64,000 nucleotides of DNA, from positions 32,001 through 96,000 of the IMG/VR virus record IMGVR_UViG_3300022602_000031. One strand, given 5' to 3'. Under the pieces are notes generated by a model, which saw nothing but the letters and a program-made list of their open reading frames with translations, ran no database searches and had not been told where the DNA came from. The translations under genes were made by a program, and so were the position numbers. Origin of the DNA: a virus. Below, in pieces: positions 49,201 to 58,078 of the stretch; the first letter of the stretch is position 1; every line of letters starts with the position of its first letter.

Positions 49201-49985
49201 CAAGTGGTAGTAACAGTCAGCGTCCTGGTAACAGTGGCGGGGTTGATACTGCTGGTATGTTGCGTTATAACAATTTTTCAGGATTTATAGAATGGTATAA
49301 CGGCACAAGTTGGCAAGGTGCTACTACAAACTTTACTGTAATTGTTGATCAACAGTTTACAGGAACGGGTAGCCAAACAGCATTTACACTAAGTCAGTCA
49401 GCAACAACAGCTGGTACACTTGTAAGTATTAACGGTGTTATACAGATTCCAACACTAGCTTACTCTGTAAGTGGTACAACATTAACATTTACAGAAGCTC
49501 CAGCAAACACTGACGTTATTGATGTACGTATTCTAACAACAACACAAACAGTCACTGGAATTGCCAGCCTGAACGGACTATTCCAGGTATCAGTTGACAA
49601 CAACGGTGCCTATATTACCACTGGTACTAGTGTTCCTGTTGTTACAACTAGCTATTTAAGCAACGGTGCTGAAGTATGTGGAGTAGCAAACGTAGCAGTT
49701 GGTAGTGCTGGTGTTCCGGTACAAATTGACAGCTTTAGCGCATCTACTTATCGTACAGCCAAGTATACAATTCAGGCTACTTACGGTTCAAATTATCAGT
49801 CTTATGAAGCCTTAATGATACAAAACGGTACCACAGCGGCAATCACAGGCTATGGTAACGTAACATTAGGTTCTAACCTGGGTGTAGTAAGTGCTACAGT
49901 CAGTGGTGGCAACGCAATATTGAACTACACAGCAGTAAATGCCACAACGCAGGTAAGAGTTAAAAAAGAATATATGCTGATTTAA
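46257..49985 (+). CDS. Long tail fibre protein
   Basis: 1242 aa; STTTGAL.V.GG.GI.G repeats; C-terminal IDSF....YRTAKYTIQ domain. Confidence 0.7.
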   Translation: MAVTRIQNNQITDQTIQYQKIAPGTLVGSVFNPTLTLNSNITIVGNLSVSGNSTTINSTNTYVNDPLIVFNNGYAGVPAYDIGMLVNRALGTLTGYASGQNTAFIWKEADQAFEAIVTTETGQTAGAVGISGYANIKSGNLFANSLTTTTGIIYSPGGVQNTPIGSVTPNTGAFTTGAFTTLQATNFNSGNAAITGSQTYIGTSGTPIANIYAGYASLTTAQITNDTAVNFYSGNVFINGGYITNLANIYVTTAYATNFSTPNLAVTTQSVTNLTATNFYTANARIAGGYLTGLSNVTTTFDTVTNLYAANATIASGTFTGAAVNAVAGNITTGYFGSLNTANAVVTGGYIAGISNISASYGTFTNFATGNAVITGGSLNGIPVGASSQSSGAFTTISGTNQLFISSAINSITSNTGAIVVTGGLGVGGNLNVGGQALITGNLTVTGNLSVTGQSVSIGSSSLSVTDPIINLHTPTDLTPLTSNDGFDIGIKIHYYDTSDSAAFFGRANDTGFLEWYARGTDTANVFTGTAYGTIKSGEYYASNTTPSTSSSTGALRISGGAGIAGAIYSGPLNSTYGNILNSLYAGSINTANAVISGGYISALTNATITTASITNLTTTSLIPTNFSSPNAYVTGGTLNNVIIGNVTPAAATFTTIVSTGTSIHAGNIVGNSGTASTSTTTGALVIAGSGGAGIGGALNVGGISNFSANLLLTAATNTNNNTTGALVIPNGGLAVTGNINSAGQLFVGSLAQATPLTSAIAVKRGTSSTGAGVQYTQDALINGTNTGSSDFIAYANNYNLAVGDQGWMDMGFTGDAFSDVNYTITKSNDGYVFASGANTSVGGNLVMATGSTGGYNDIVIGVGGFIANAEVARFHGNVNNSGNFTLKLPTNNNLTANTGAFQLWGGASITGNVYHGGATLFNGSGTAGNDVIVKGKNDATLIWARPGSTYDQVVIGNSATTSTLVTGAKLIINTTDSILLPSGSNSQRPGNSGGVDTAGMLRYNNFSGFIEWYNGTSWQGATTNFTVIVDQQFTGTGSQTAFTLSQSATTAGTLVSINGVIQIPTLAYSVSGTTLTFTEAPANTDVIDVRILTTTQTVTGIASLNGLFQVSVDNNGAYITTGTSVPVVTTSYLSNGAEVCGVANVAVGSAGVPVQIDSFSASTYRTAKYTIQATYGSNYQSYEALMIQNGTTAAITGYGNVTLGSNLGVVSATVSGGNAILNYTAVNATTQVRVKKEYMLI

Positions 49986-50014
49986 CAATCGATTGCTAAT
50001 TTTTATAACACACC

Positions 50015-50036
50015 AAAGGGCCTATACGGGCCCTTT
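50015..50036 (+). terminator. Probable terminator hairpin
   Basis: AAAGGGCC-TATACG-GGCCCTTT. Confidence 0.65.
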
Positions 50037-50073
50037 ACCATTTTGTGATAAATATACAAAATGGTGAGAATAT

Positions 50074-53000
50074 ATGGCATTAACTAGACCGCGCTTAGGG
50101 CAATTATTAACAAATTCGGCCAGCCTAACCGATAATTTAACGGTTATTAATTCTGCGGCAACGCAGGCCAACGTCGATGTAGGCTTTATTTTTAATCGAA
50201 CAGATGGCGTAGGTAGTGTTGCTAACGTAGCATTATACTGGAATGAAGCCGGCCAAGGATTTGTACTCGGTTATACAGCCGATGACGGCTCTTCTAACGG
50301 CAATATCAATTCCGCTGGGTATGCTAACTTAACCACATACGGACTAAATGTAACCAGCAACGTTGCAATTGGTACCGCCTCAACAAACTATCTAACAGCC
50401 AATGGCGGCGCAACAGGCTTTGGTCCAACTATTACTGTAGCTGGAGCAGACACTAACATTGATTTAAATTTACGTGCCAAAGGCTCTGCTAACGTTTCAA
50501 TAAACAGCCCGTTAAAAATCAGTGGCAACACTATTAGTATCAACTCAGTTACTGGCGCATTTATTGTTACTGGCGGAGTTGGTGTTGGTGGTAATATTAA
50601 TATTGCCGGATCCGCAGGTAATGCTTTAGTAACTACAGCAAACATTTTAGCTGGTAACTTTGTTACATCAACAGGTAACATTTATGCTGGTAATATTGTT
50701 ACCACAGCACAAGGTATTGCTGGTAATATTTCTGGTGTTAACTACTTGCTGGCCAATGCCGCAATATATAATCAATCTGTTACAACTGGTAACTTATTGA
50801 CCAATAGCATCTACTATGCCAATGGTGCTCCATACGCATTTAGTTTTTATTCAAACGCCAACCTAACCGCTTACTTAACAAATGTAAGTATCATTGCCTA
50901 CAACGATTCAAACGTAGCTAAATTCTTATCAACTAACTTTGGATCAAACAGTATTTCTACAACTGGCAATGTATCGGCTGGTAATATAATCAGCACCATA
51001 TACACAACCACTGCTGGTTCTAATGCTAACTTAAATTTATCACCAGATGGTTCTGGTAGCGTTGTAGTTCCGACTGCACAGGTATATGTTACTGGAAACG
51101 TTACTGCTGGTAACGTATTAACCAATACACTATTATACGCAAATGGCCAACCATATGCGCTTTCTTATTTTACCACAGCCAACGTTGGTGCTTACTTACC
51201 AACCTATACCGGAAATATTCAAGCTGGTAACGTAACTATCACTGGTAACTTAACCGTTGCTAATATTATCTATACCAATCAAGAAGTTATTACTTCTACT
51301 GAAACCATACAAGGTAATCTGGTAGCGGCGGCCACAACACCAAGTACAAGTACTACAACAGGTGCATTAGTTGTTAAAGGCGGCACAGGTATTGCTGGTA
51401 ACGCAATCGTTGGCGGTAACGTACAGGCTACCGGCACAATACAATACGGATCAGGCCAAGGCGGGTTAATATTTAGAACACTAGCAGGCGGAACAGGTGC
51501 CGCAATTTACAATACTAATATTGTACCTAGTGCTCAAAATTATGCAATGACTACAGATGGTACGTCGGTAACATTTAATGCTCCATCTGGTGGCGGAGTT
51601 TATACTGGCATTAACAACAGTATCATTACTACAGTACAGGCCGGTACACCAAGTGCCACGCAAGCAACTGGACAAAGCCTAGTAGTCAGTAACGGTTTAG
51701 GTGTAACTGGCGACAGCTACTTTAGCGGCAATTTAGGTATTAGCGGTAACACATCAGCCGGTAACATTACCATTGGTAAATTTAATAATGCATCACTGAT
51801 TATTAATTCCCCATCAAGTTCTAGAACTGCTACAATTGGTTTTGTTGATTCATTCAACCTTGATGTTCAACCGGGAGTTGGATATTTAATATTAGCACGT
51901 AACGGACAAAATACAGGTGTTGGTGGCAACATCCAACCAGCGCATCGGTTAAGCGTTGGCGGAGACATATACTCGTCTGGTAATGTTATAGTAACAAGTA
52001 ATTTAACTGTTGGTGGAACACTAACAGCTACAGGTAACGTTCAGTTCCTTAACTACGAATATGTAACCAACACCGAATACGTAAACACAATCACAGCTAC
52101 AACAGTAACAGCCGCAACCATTGGTAACACAGGTGCCGCCTTAACTGGTGCTACGTTAGGTCTATCCGGTGCAGCCACAGTTGGTAACTTAATAACAACC
52201 AATGGCTTATTCTGGTCTAATGGTGTAGCATTTGCTACAAGTACTTACAGTAACGCTAACGTAGCCAGCTATTTACCGATCTATGCTGGTAATATTGGCT
52301 CTGGTAATATCACAACTACCGGCGGTATATTCTGGGCCAATGGTCAAAGTTATGGCTCGGGTTCTGTTTATGGTAATGCCAACGTAGCGTCATACCTGAC
52401 CACGTTAACAACGCCAGTTATTACACAAGCAAACATTGTTTCAAATTCATCCACTAATAGTACCAGTGCCACAACTGGCGCTATTGTTGTGCCTTATGGT
52501 GGTGTTGGTGTTGGCGGTAACTTATTTGTTGGTGGCAACATTGTTGGTACGTATACTAACGTAACAATCACGTCTGGCGCCTACACAACAACACTAGATC
52601 CATATGGTAATATTAGTTTACCATCGGGCAATTTAATCATTGGTAACATATTTGCCTATACAATTGGTAACACTGGCACACAATTGGTTGGTAATGGCTC
52701 AGGTATTACTGGTGTTGCGGCCAGCGGATTAGCTGGTACAGCAAATACAGCGCAGGTAGCTCTTACTACACAAATTACCAACTCAACTAGCTCGGGTATT
52801 TACTATCCAACGTTTGCTAATATTACAGCTGGTAATACACAACTATGGGCTAGTAGCACAAACTTATTCTTCCAACCAAGTTCTGGTAACTTAACCGCGG
52901 TAAACTTTAATGGTCAATATTACGGTGCTATTATTACACCAATACAGACTAACATACTACAGGTTGGCAATTTAAATTCATTAAGTGTTGGTAACGTAAC

Positions 53001-55659
53001 AACATTATTTGGCAATACAGTTATTGCCAATACTACTCCAAGCACTAGTGCCACTACCGGAGCATTAACAGTTCCAACAGGTGGTGTTGGTATTGGTGGT
53101 AACTTATTTGTTGGCGGTAATGCTAATATAAACATTGCCAATATTACCAATACCTATACTGGTACAATACAATCAACTACAGCATTTGGTAATTTATGGA
53201 ACACCAGCAACACCGTTGGTAATATCTATGTTGGTACAAGTACTGCCAACGTAACCATTACTGGTAATGCTAACATTGCCAACTTAACAATTACTAACCT
53301 GCTATGGCCAAACGGTATTTCATACTCGTCTGGTATTGTAGCAGGTATTACAAACTATGGTAACAGTAACGTAGCTGGATACTTACCAACCTACACAGGC
53401 AACATTGGCGCGGTTTACACATTAGGTGGAGTGTATTGGGCAGGTAACAATACACCGTTTGGCTACAGTAATACAGCGGCAGCGGCATTTTTGCCGGTTT
53501 ACTCAGGTAACTTACGTGCCGGCAACGTAACTATCACTGGTAATCTAACAGTTGCTAATATTATCTACACAAACCAAGAAATAATTACCACAACAGATAC
53601 TATACAAGGCAACTTGGTGGCCGCAAGTGGCACAGCAAGTACTAATACCACATCGGGTGCGTTGGTTGTTATCGGTGGTGCTGGTGTTAGTGGAAACGTC
53701 TATGCTGGTGCTAACTTAAATGTTGGCCTAAACTCTACTGTCAGTGGTTATCAGGTAATTAATAACTTAACCAATCAACCAGCATTACAGATCATTGGTA
53801 ACAGCTGGCGCGGCGGAGTTGGTTATCACGATTTCTTACAAGTTACAAATACCTACACTGGAGCAACTACTCCGACCAAATGGTTCCGTTTAAACAGCAC
53901 CGGCGGATTGGAAATTGTTAACAGTGGGTATAGTCAAGTTATCTTTTCTCTGGATGATGGCGGTAACGTAATTGCTACTAGTAATATCACTGCCAGCAAC
54001 AGACTTATAACCAGTGGAGGTTTATTCTGGAGTAACGGTGTTAGCTATGGATCCAGTATTAGTGCCGCAATTGGTGTTTATGGTAATGCCAACGTAGCCG
54101 GCTATTTGCCAACCTATGGTGGTAACGTCTTAGCCAGCACAGTTTACAGTAACGGTTATTTCTGGGCAGCCAATGGCTTCTCAATAGTATATGGTAACAT
54201 TGCCGCTAATGCTTATGTAAGCAACACCTTATTGCCAAACTATCAAGGCAATCTACAAGCTGGTAACTTGTTAGTAACCAGTGCCAGTGGGCAAGGCGGA
54301 AATATTAGCACAGGTAATATTTTATCTAGTGGATATTTCTGGGCTAACGGCGCACCATTTATTACCAGCAACTACGGTAATGCCAACGTAGCTTCTTACT
54401 TAACATCCTATGGCGGATTCTTATTTGCTAGCCAGGTACGTACTAATAGTAATATTCAGGTCGGCGGTAATTTAATTGTTACTAACGATAGTTACTTACT
54501 TGGTAATGCTACAATCACCGGCAACCTGATAGTTGCTAACATTACATATTTAAATCAAGAATTTGTCAGCACAAGTGAAGTGGTTACAGGTAATTTGGTT
54601 GCTAACTCTGGAACAACAAGTTCTAATGTAAGCACTGGTGCTATGGTAGTTGTTGGTGGTGCGGGTATCAGCGGAGCTTTAAACGTTGGTGGTAACCTAA
54701 CAGTTGCTAACATACAAACTACAGGTACCAGCGGTAATATTAGTGGAGTTGACAATTTATTTGCTAACGTTATCAATCTGGCATCTAATATTAATGCCTC
54801 AACCGGCAATTTGAATATTTCTGGTAATATTAACTATACCGGAAATGTATTCTCGGGCGGTATACCAACTGGTACTAACAGTTATTATAATATAGCACCG
54901 TTGAATTTAAATAACAGCTTAACCGGCGGCGTAAAAACTCAGCTGAACCTGATCAACACAGGTGGGTCATCTGGTGCTGGTAGTGCTATTGATTTTTACA
55001 CCTATACCAATCAGGCTACAAGTACAGCACCTGGAGCTAGACTTAGTGTCATTGATGACGGAGTTTATTCCGCCAGCTGGAATTTTTATACCAAAACTCC
55101 TGGCGCACCTAGCAATACACTAACATCTAGATTTAGTATCAGCGATATAGGTATTGTTACTGTTTCGTCTACTAGTCCGGCAGCCAACGTCAGTTCTGGA
55201 GCACTACAAGTAGCTGGTGGTATCAGTACCCCGGGTAACGTATATGCCAACGCAATTTATACAACAACTGGACTGTATTGGGCAGGCAATAATAACATTA
55301 TCAGCATCGGCGGCGGTGGCGGAAGCCCAGTGGGTGTTTCTGGTGCTATTCAGTACAATAATGGTGGTGTACTTGCAGCCGCAAACCTAATTTACAACTC
55401 AGGTAATAATACAATTCTAGCTAACGGTAATGTTAACTCAACCAGTAACGTTAGCGGTACTATGCAGATTGTGGGTGGTATGGGTGTTACTGGCAACATT
55501 TTTGCCAACGCAGTTTATACTACAACAGGTATTTTCTGGCAAGGTAACGGTTATCCAATGAGTACAGGTAGTTTATTCCCGTACCTGGATATGGGCTTTA
55601 TTACAGATACTACTGCCCCGGTCCCTGCTGTGTTTGATTTAGGCTCTGTAGCACCTTAG
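50074..55659 (+). CDS. Giant tail fibre protein (1861 aa)
   Basis: Asn/Thr/Gly-rich with very few charged residues; many W(A/S/P)NG...Y(S/G)N(A/S)NVAxYL and STTGAL repeats. Confidence 0.72.
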   Translation: MALTRPRLGQLLTNSASLTDNLTVINSAATQANVDVGFIFNRTDGVGSVANVALYWNEAGQGFVLGYTADDGSSNGNINSAGYANLTTYGLNVTSNVAIGTASTNYLTANGGATGFGPTITVAGADTNIDLNLRAKGSANVSINSPLKISGNTISINSVTGAFIVTGGVGVGGNINIAGSAGNALVTTANILAGNFVTSTGNIYAGNIVTTAQGIAGNISGVNYLLANAAIYNQSVTTGNLLTNSIYYANGAPYAFSFYSNANLTAYLTNVSIIAYNDSNVAKFLSTNFGSNSISTTGNVSAGNIISTIYTTTAGSNANLNLSPDGSGSVVVPTAQVYVTGNVTAGNVLTNTLLYANGQPYALSYFTTANVGAYLPTYTGNIQAGNVTITGNLTVANIIYTNQEVITSTETIQGNLVAAATTPSTSTTTGALVVKGGTGIAGNAIVGGNVQATGTIQYGSGQGGLIFRTLAGGTGAAIYNTNIVPSAQNYAMTTDGTSVTFNAPSGGGVYTGINNSIITTVQAGTPSATQATGQSLVVSNGLGVTGDSYFSGNLGISGNTSAGNITIGKFNNASLIINSPSSSRTATIGFVDSFNLDVQPGVGYLILARNGQNTGVGGNIQPAHRLSVGGDIYSSGNVIVTSNLTVGGTLTATGNVQFLNYEYVTNTEYVNTITATTVTAATIGNTGAALTGATLGLSGAATVGNLITTNGLFWSNGVAFATSTYSNANVASYLPIYAGNIGSGNITTTGGIFWANGQSYGSGSVYGNANVASYLTTLTTPVITQANIVSNSSTNSTSATTGAIVVPYGGVGVGGNLFVGGNIVGTYTNVTITSGAYTTTLDPYGNISLPSGNLIIGNIFAYTIGNTGTQLVGNGSGITGVAASGLAGTANTAQVALTTQITNSTSSGIYYPTFANITAGNTQLWASSTNLFFQPSSGNLTAVNFNGQYYGAIITPIQTNILQVGNLNSLSVGNVTTLFGNTVIANTTPSTSATTGALTVPTGGVGIGGNLFVGGNANINIANITNTYTGTIQSTTAFGNLWNTSNTVGNIYVGTSTANVTITGNANIANLTITNLLWPNGISYSSGIVAGITNYGNSNVAGYLPTYTGNIGAVYTLGGVYWAGNNTPFGYSNTAAAAFLPVYSGNLRAGNVTITGNLTVANIIYTNQEIITTTDTIQGNLVAASGTASTNTTSGALVVIGGAGVSGNVYAGANLNVGLNSTVSGYQVINNLTNQPALQIIGNSWRGGVGYHDFLQVTNTYTGATTPTKWFRLNSTGGLEIVNSGYSQVIFSLDDGGNVIATSNITASNRLITSGGLFWSNGVSYGSSISAAIGVYGNANVAGYLPTYGGNVLASTVYSNGYFWAANGFSIVYGNIAANAYVSNTLLPNYQGNLQAGNLLVTSASGQGGNISTGNILSSGYFWANGAPFITSNYGNANVASYLTSYGGFLFASQVRTNSNIQVGGNLIVTNDSYLLGNATITGNLIVANITYLNQEFVSTSEVVTGNLVANSGTTSSNVSTGAMVVVGGAGISGALNVGGNLTVANIQTTGTSGNISGVDNLFANVINLASNINASTGNLNISGNINYTGNVFSGGIPTGTNSYYNIAPLNLNNSLTGGVKTQLNLINTGGSSGAGSAIDFYTYTNQATSTAPGARLSVIDDGVYSASWNFYTKTPGAPSNTLTSRFSISDIGIVTVSSTSPAANVSSGALQVAGGISTPGNVYANAIYTTTGLYWAGNNNIISIGGGGGSPVGVSGAIQYNNGGVLAAANLIYNSGNNTILANGNVNSTSNVSGTMQIVGGMGVTGNIFANAVYTTTGIFWQGNGYPMSTGSLFPYLDMGFITDTTAPVPAVFDLGSVAP

Positions 55660-55705
55660 GATATAGTTTAGATAAATATAACAATATAACGGAATTTGAA
55701 TATAA

Positions 55706-57730
55706 ATGTCAACACAATTTCAACTTAGACGAGGAACAGCGGCCCAAACAGCAGCCTTCACAGGTGCGCCGGGCGAAGTTACGGTCAATACGACCAGCAA
55801 CACGCTAACCCTACACGACTCCGTTACCCCGGGCGGTTGGCCTATATTAAGTGCCAATGCCGCACAAAACGTCTATAACAAAAGTATTTTTAGTGCCAAC
55901 TTAGTTGGTACACAAGCAATCAGCGGTAACATAATTCCAACAACAGGTAATTTATATACCTTAGGTAACGCCGCTTATCCATTTAAGAGTTTATATGTTT
56001 CTGGTAATACAATTTACCTTGGTAATGCTATATTATCTACTACCAGCAACAGTTTTACAATTATTAACCCAGCCGGCGGATCATTTAGTGTTACTGGTGA
56101 CAATGTTAGCGGCTCAACTGGTATTTTTGCTAACTTACAAATTACTAGTAATACCCCTTCAACCAGTGCCACAACTGGTGCTTTACAAATTGGCGGTGGA
56201 GCAGGAATTGCGGGAGATGTCTACACAGGCGGTAACGCAATTATTGGTGGCAATCTAACAGTACTAGGTACAACTACAACTGTTAATACCGAAATTATTA
56301 ATCAAAGCGAAGTAGTTACTGCTAACCTAACAGTCAACGGTCGCGGTGTAATTGCTGGCAACGTTTCTACTGCTAATTTAAGTGTGGCTGGTACTATTAC
56401 ATCAACTGGGTCAATGTATTCCGGTGGTGGATATTTTTACAGTAACGGTGCTTCAATATTAGCTGGATTCTTGACTAACACCTTCCAAGGTAATATGACC
56501 CTTGGTAACCTGACAGCAGGAAACATTACTTCTGGTGTTGGTATTGCTGGGCAAGGTGGAACAATTTATGTTAGCGCATCCAACGGTAACGATAGTGCTC
56601 TTAACGCAGGTACATTTAATAATCCATTCAAGACAATCAAGGCCGCGTTGGCAGTAGCACAGGCTGGACAAACAGTTCAAGTCGGTCCTGGTGTTTACAC
56701 AGAAAACAACCCAATTACAGTTCCAGCCTATACCAGCTTGTTAGGCAACGATTTGCGTACAGTATTCATTACTCCACAAAATCCTAACAGTGATTTAATT
56801 TGGGTTAACCCGGGTGTGTTCATCAACGGCTTCACTCTACGTGACTATAACGCTAGCGGTTTTGCTTATCCTAGCACAGGTAATATTGCGGCAACAGTAA
56901 GTCCGTATATTCAAAACATTACAAGTAAAACAACTGCCGCAACTTCTACCGCAGTAACCATTGACGGCAACTTGTGTAGCAGTGGTTTCAAGGCAATGAT
57001 TATTGGTTTCTTTACAATCATTAACCAAAACGGTTATGGTATTGTTCTAAAGAATTCAGCGTACAGTCAGCTAGTTAACATATACACAATTGGTTGCGAA
57101 CAAGGTATCGTAGCACAGTCGGGTAGCTTTGTAACACTCAACGGTTCAGACACCAGTATTGGTAACGTGGCTCTACGTGCCGATGGATACGGCCCACTAC
57201 TGACCTATGGTAATACTCTTGGGTATAGCGCACTAGGTTCGTTTAACGTAAACATGAATGGAAATATTGCTCCTAAAGTTAATCAGGTTATGATTATCAA
57301 CGGAGATACAAACTACTACAGTATTGACACAGTTTCCTTTGTTGGTAACACTGGAACTTATGCTAATACCTGGCAGGTGAAAGTGTTGGAAACTTATGGT
57401 AGTAACCTAGCACCGGTGACCAATATCGCATTCTATCAGCGTAGTGCAATTATTGCGTCAGCACACACATTTGAATATGTAGGCGCTGGTAATTTTATGT
57501 CTAACGCACTACCACAGTTTGGCGGTATTCCAGACCCAACTTATTCAGTTATACAAACTAATGGTGGACACGTTACTTACACAGCAACTGACCATAAAGG
57601 TAACTTTATGATTGGTCCAAATTTAACTATTAACCAGGTTACTGGTACTATCACAGGTGATAGCTTTAACAGAAGTATGTTTGCGTTGGTAACACCATAC
57701 ATACTAGCACTACAAACGGCGTTATCGTAA
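55706..57730 (+). CDS. Tail spike/fibre with Mtd_N-like N-terminus and pectate-lyase-like beta-helix
   Basis: QLRRGT...FTGAPGEVTVNT...LHDSVTPGG; IYVSASNGND...PFKTIKAAL...VQVGPGVYTE. Confidence 0.65.
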   Translation: MSTQFQLRRGTAAQTAAFTGAPGEVTVNTTSNTLTLHDSVTPGGWPILSANAAQNVYNKSIFSANLVGTQAISGNIIPTTGNLYTLGNAAYPFKSLYVSGNTIYLGNAILSTTSNSFTIINPAGGSFSVTGDNVSGSTGIFANLQITSNTPSTSATTGALQIGGGAGIAGDVYTGGNAIIGGNLTVLGTTTTVNTEIINQSEVVTANLTVNGRGVIAGNVSTANLSVAGTITSTGSMYSGGGYFYSNGASILAGFLTNTFQGNMTLGNLTAGNITSGVGIAGQGGTIYVSASNGNDSALNAGTFNNPFKTIKAALAVAQAGQTVQVGPGVYTENNPITVPAYTSLLGNDLRTVFITPQNPNSDLIWVNPGVFINGFTLRDYNASGFAYPSTGNIAATVSPYIQNITSKTTAATSTAVTIDGNLCSSGFKAMIIGFFTIINQNGYGIVLKNSAYSQLVNIYTIGCEQGIVAQSGSFVTLNGSDTSIGNVALRADGYGPLLTYGNTLGYSALGSFNVNMNGNIAPKVNQVMIINGDTNYYSIDTVSFVGNTGTYANTWQVKVLETYGSNLAPVTNIAFYQRSAIIASAHTFEYVGAGNFMSNALPQFGGIPDPTYSVIQTNGGHVTYTATDHKGNFMIGPNLTINQVTGTITGDSFNRSMFALVTPYILALQTALS

Positions 57731-57742
57731 AAGGAAAGAAAA

Positions 57743-58075
57743 ATGGCAGTCTTAAACGCATTCAAAACTATTGTAGCAAACGTAACTACTACGTCTAACG
57801 TAATTTACTCTGCTCCAACTGGATATACTACAGTTGTACTACTTGCTCAAGTAGCCAACAACAGTAACGCCAACGTCTACTACGTAACTGGACAACACGT
57901 GCGCGGTGGAGTCCCAACAACATTGGTAGCTAACATACCAGTACCAGTAAGTGACGCAGTTTCGTTGTTGACTGGTAAATTAATCTTAGCCACTTACGAT
58001 AGTATTCAGGTTGTTGGTAGTGATAACGTCTCCGGACAAATCTTATTAAGCATATTAGAAACAGCGAACCCATAA
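57743..58075 (+). CDS. Small beta-rich virion protein (fibre adaptor-like)
   Basis: 110 aa; YSAPTGYTTVVLLAQVAN...GKLILATYDSI. Confidence 0.6.
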   Translation: MAVLNAFKTIVANVTTTSNVIYSAPTGYTTVVLLAQVANNSNANVYYVTGQHVRGGVPTTLVANIPVPVSDAVSLLTGKLILATYDSIQVVGSDNVSGQILLSILETANP

Positions 58076-58078
58076 TAT

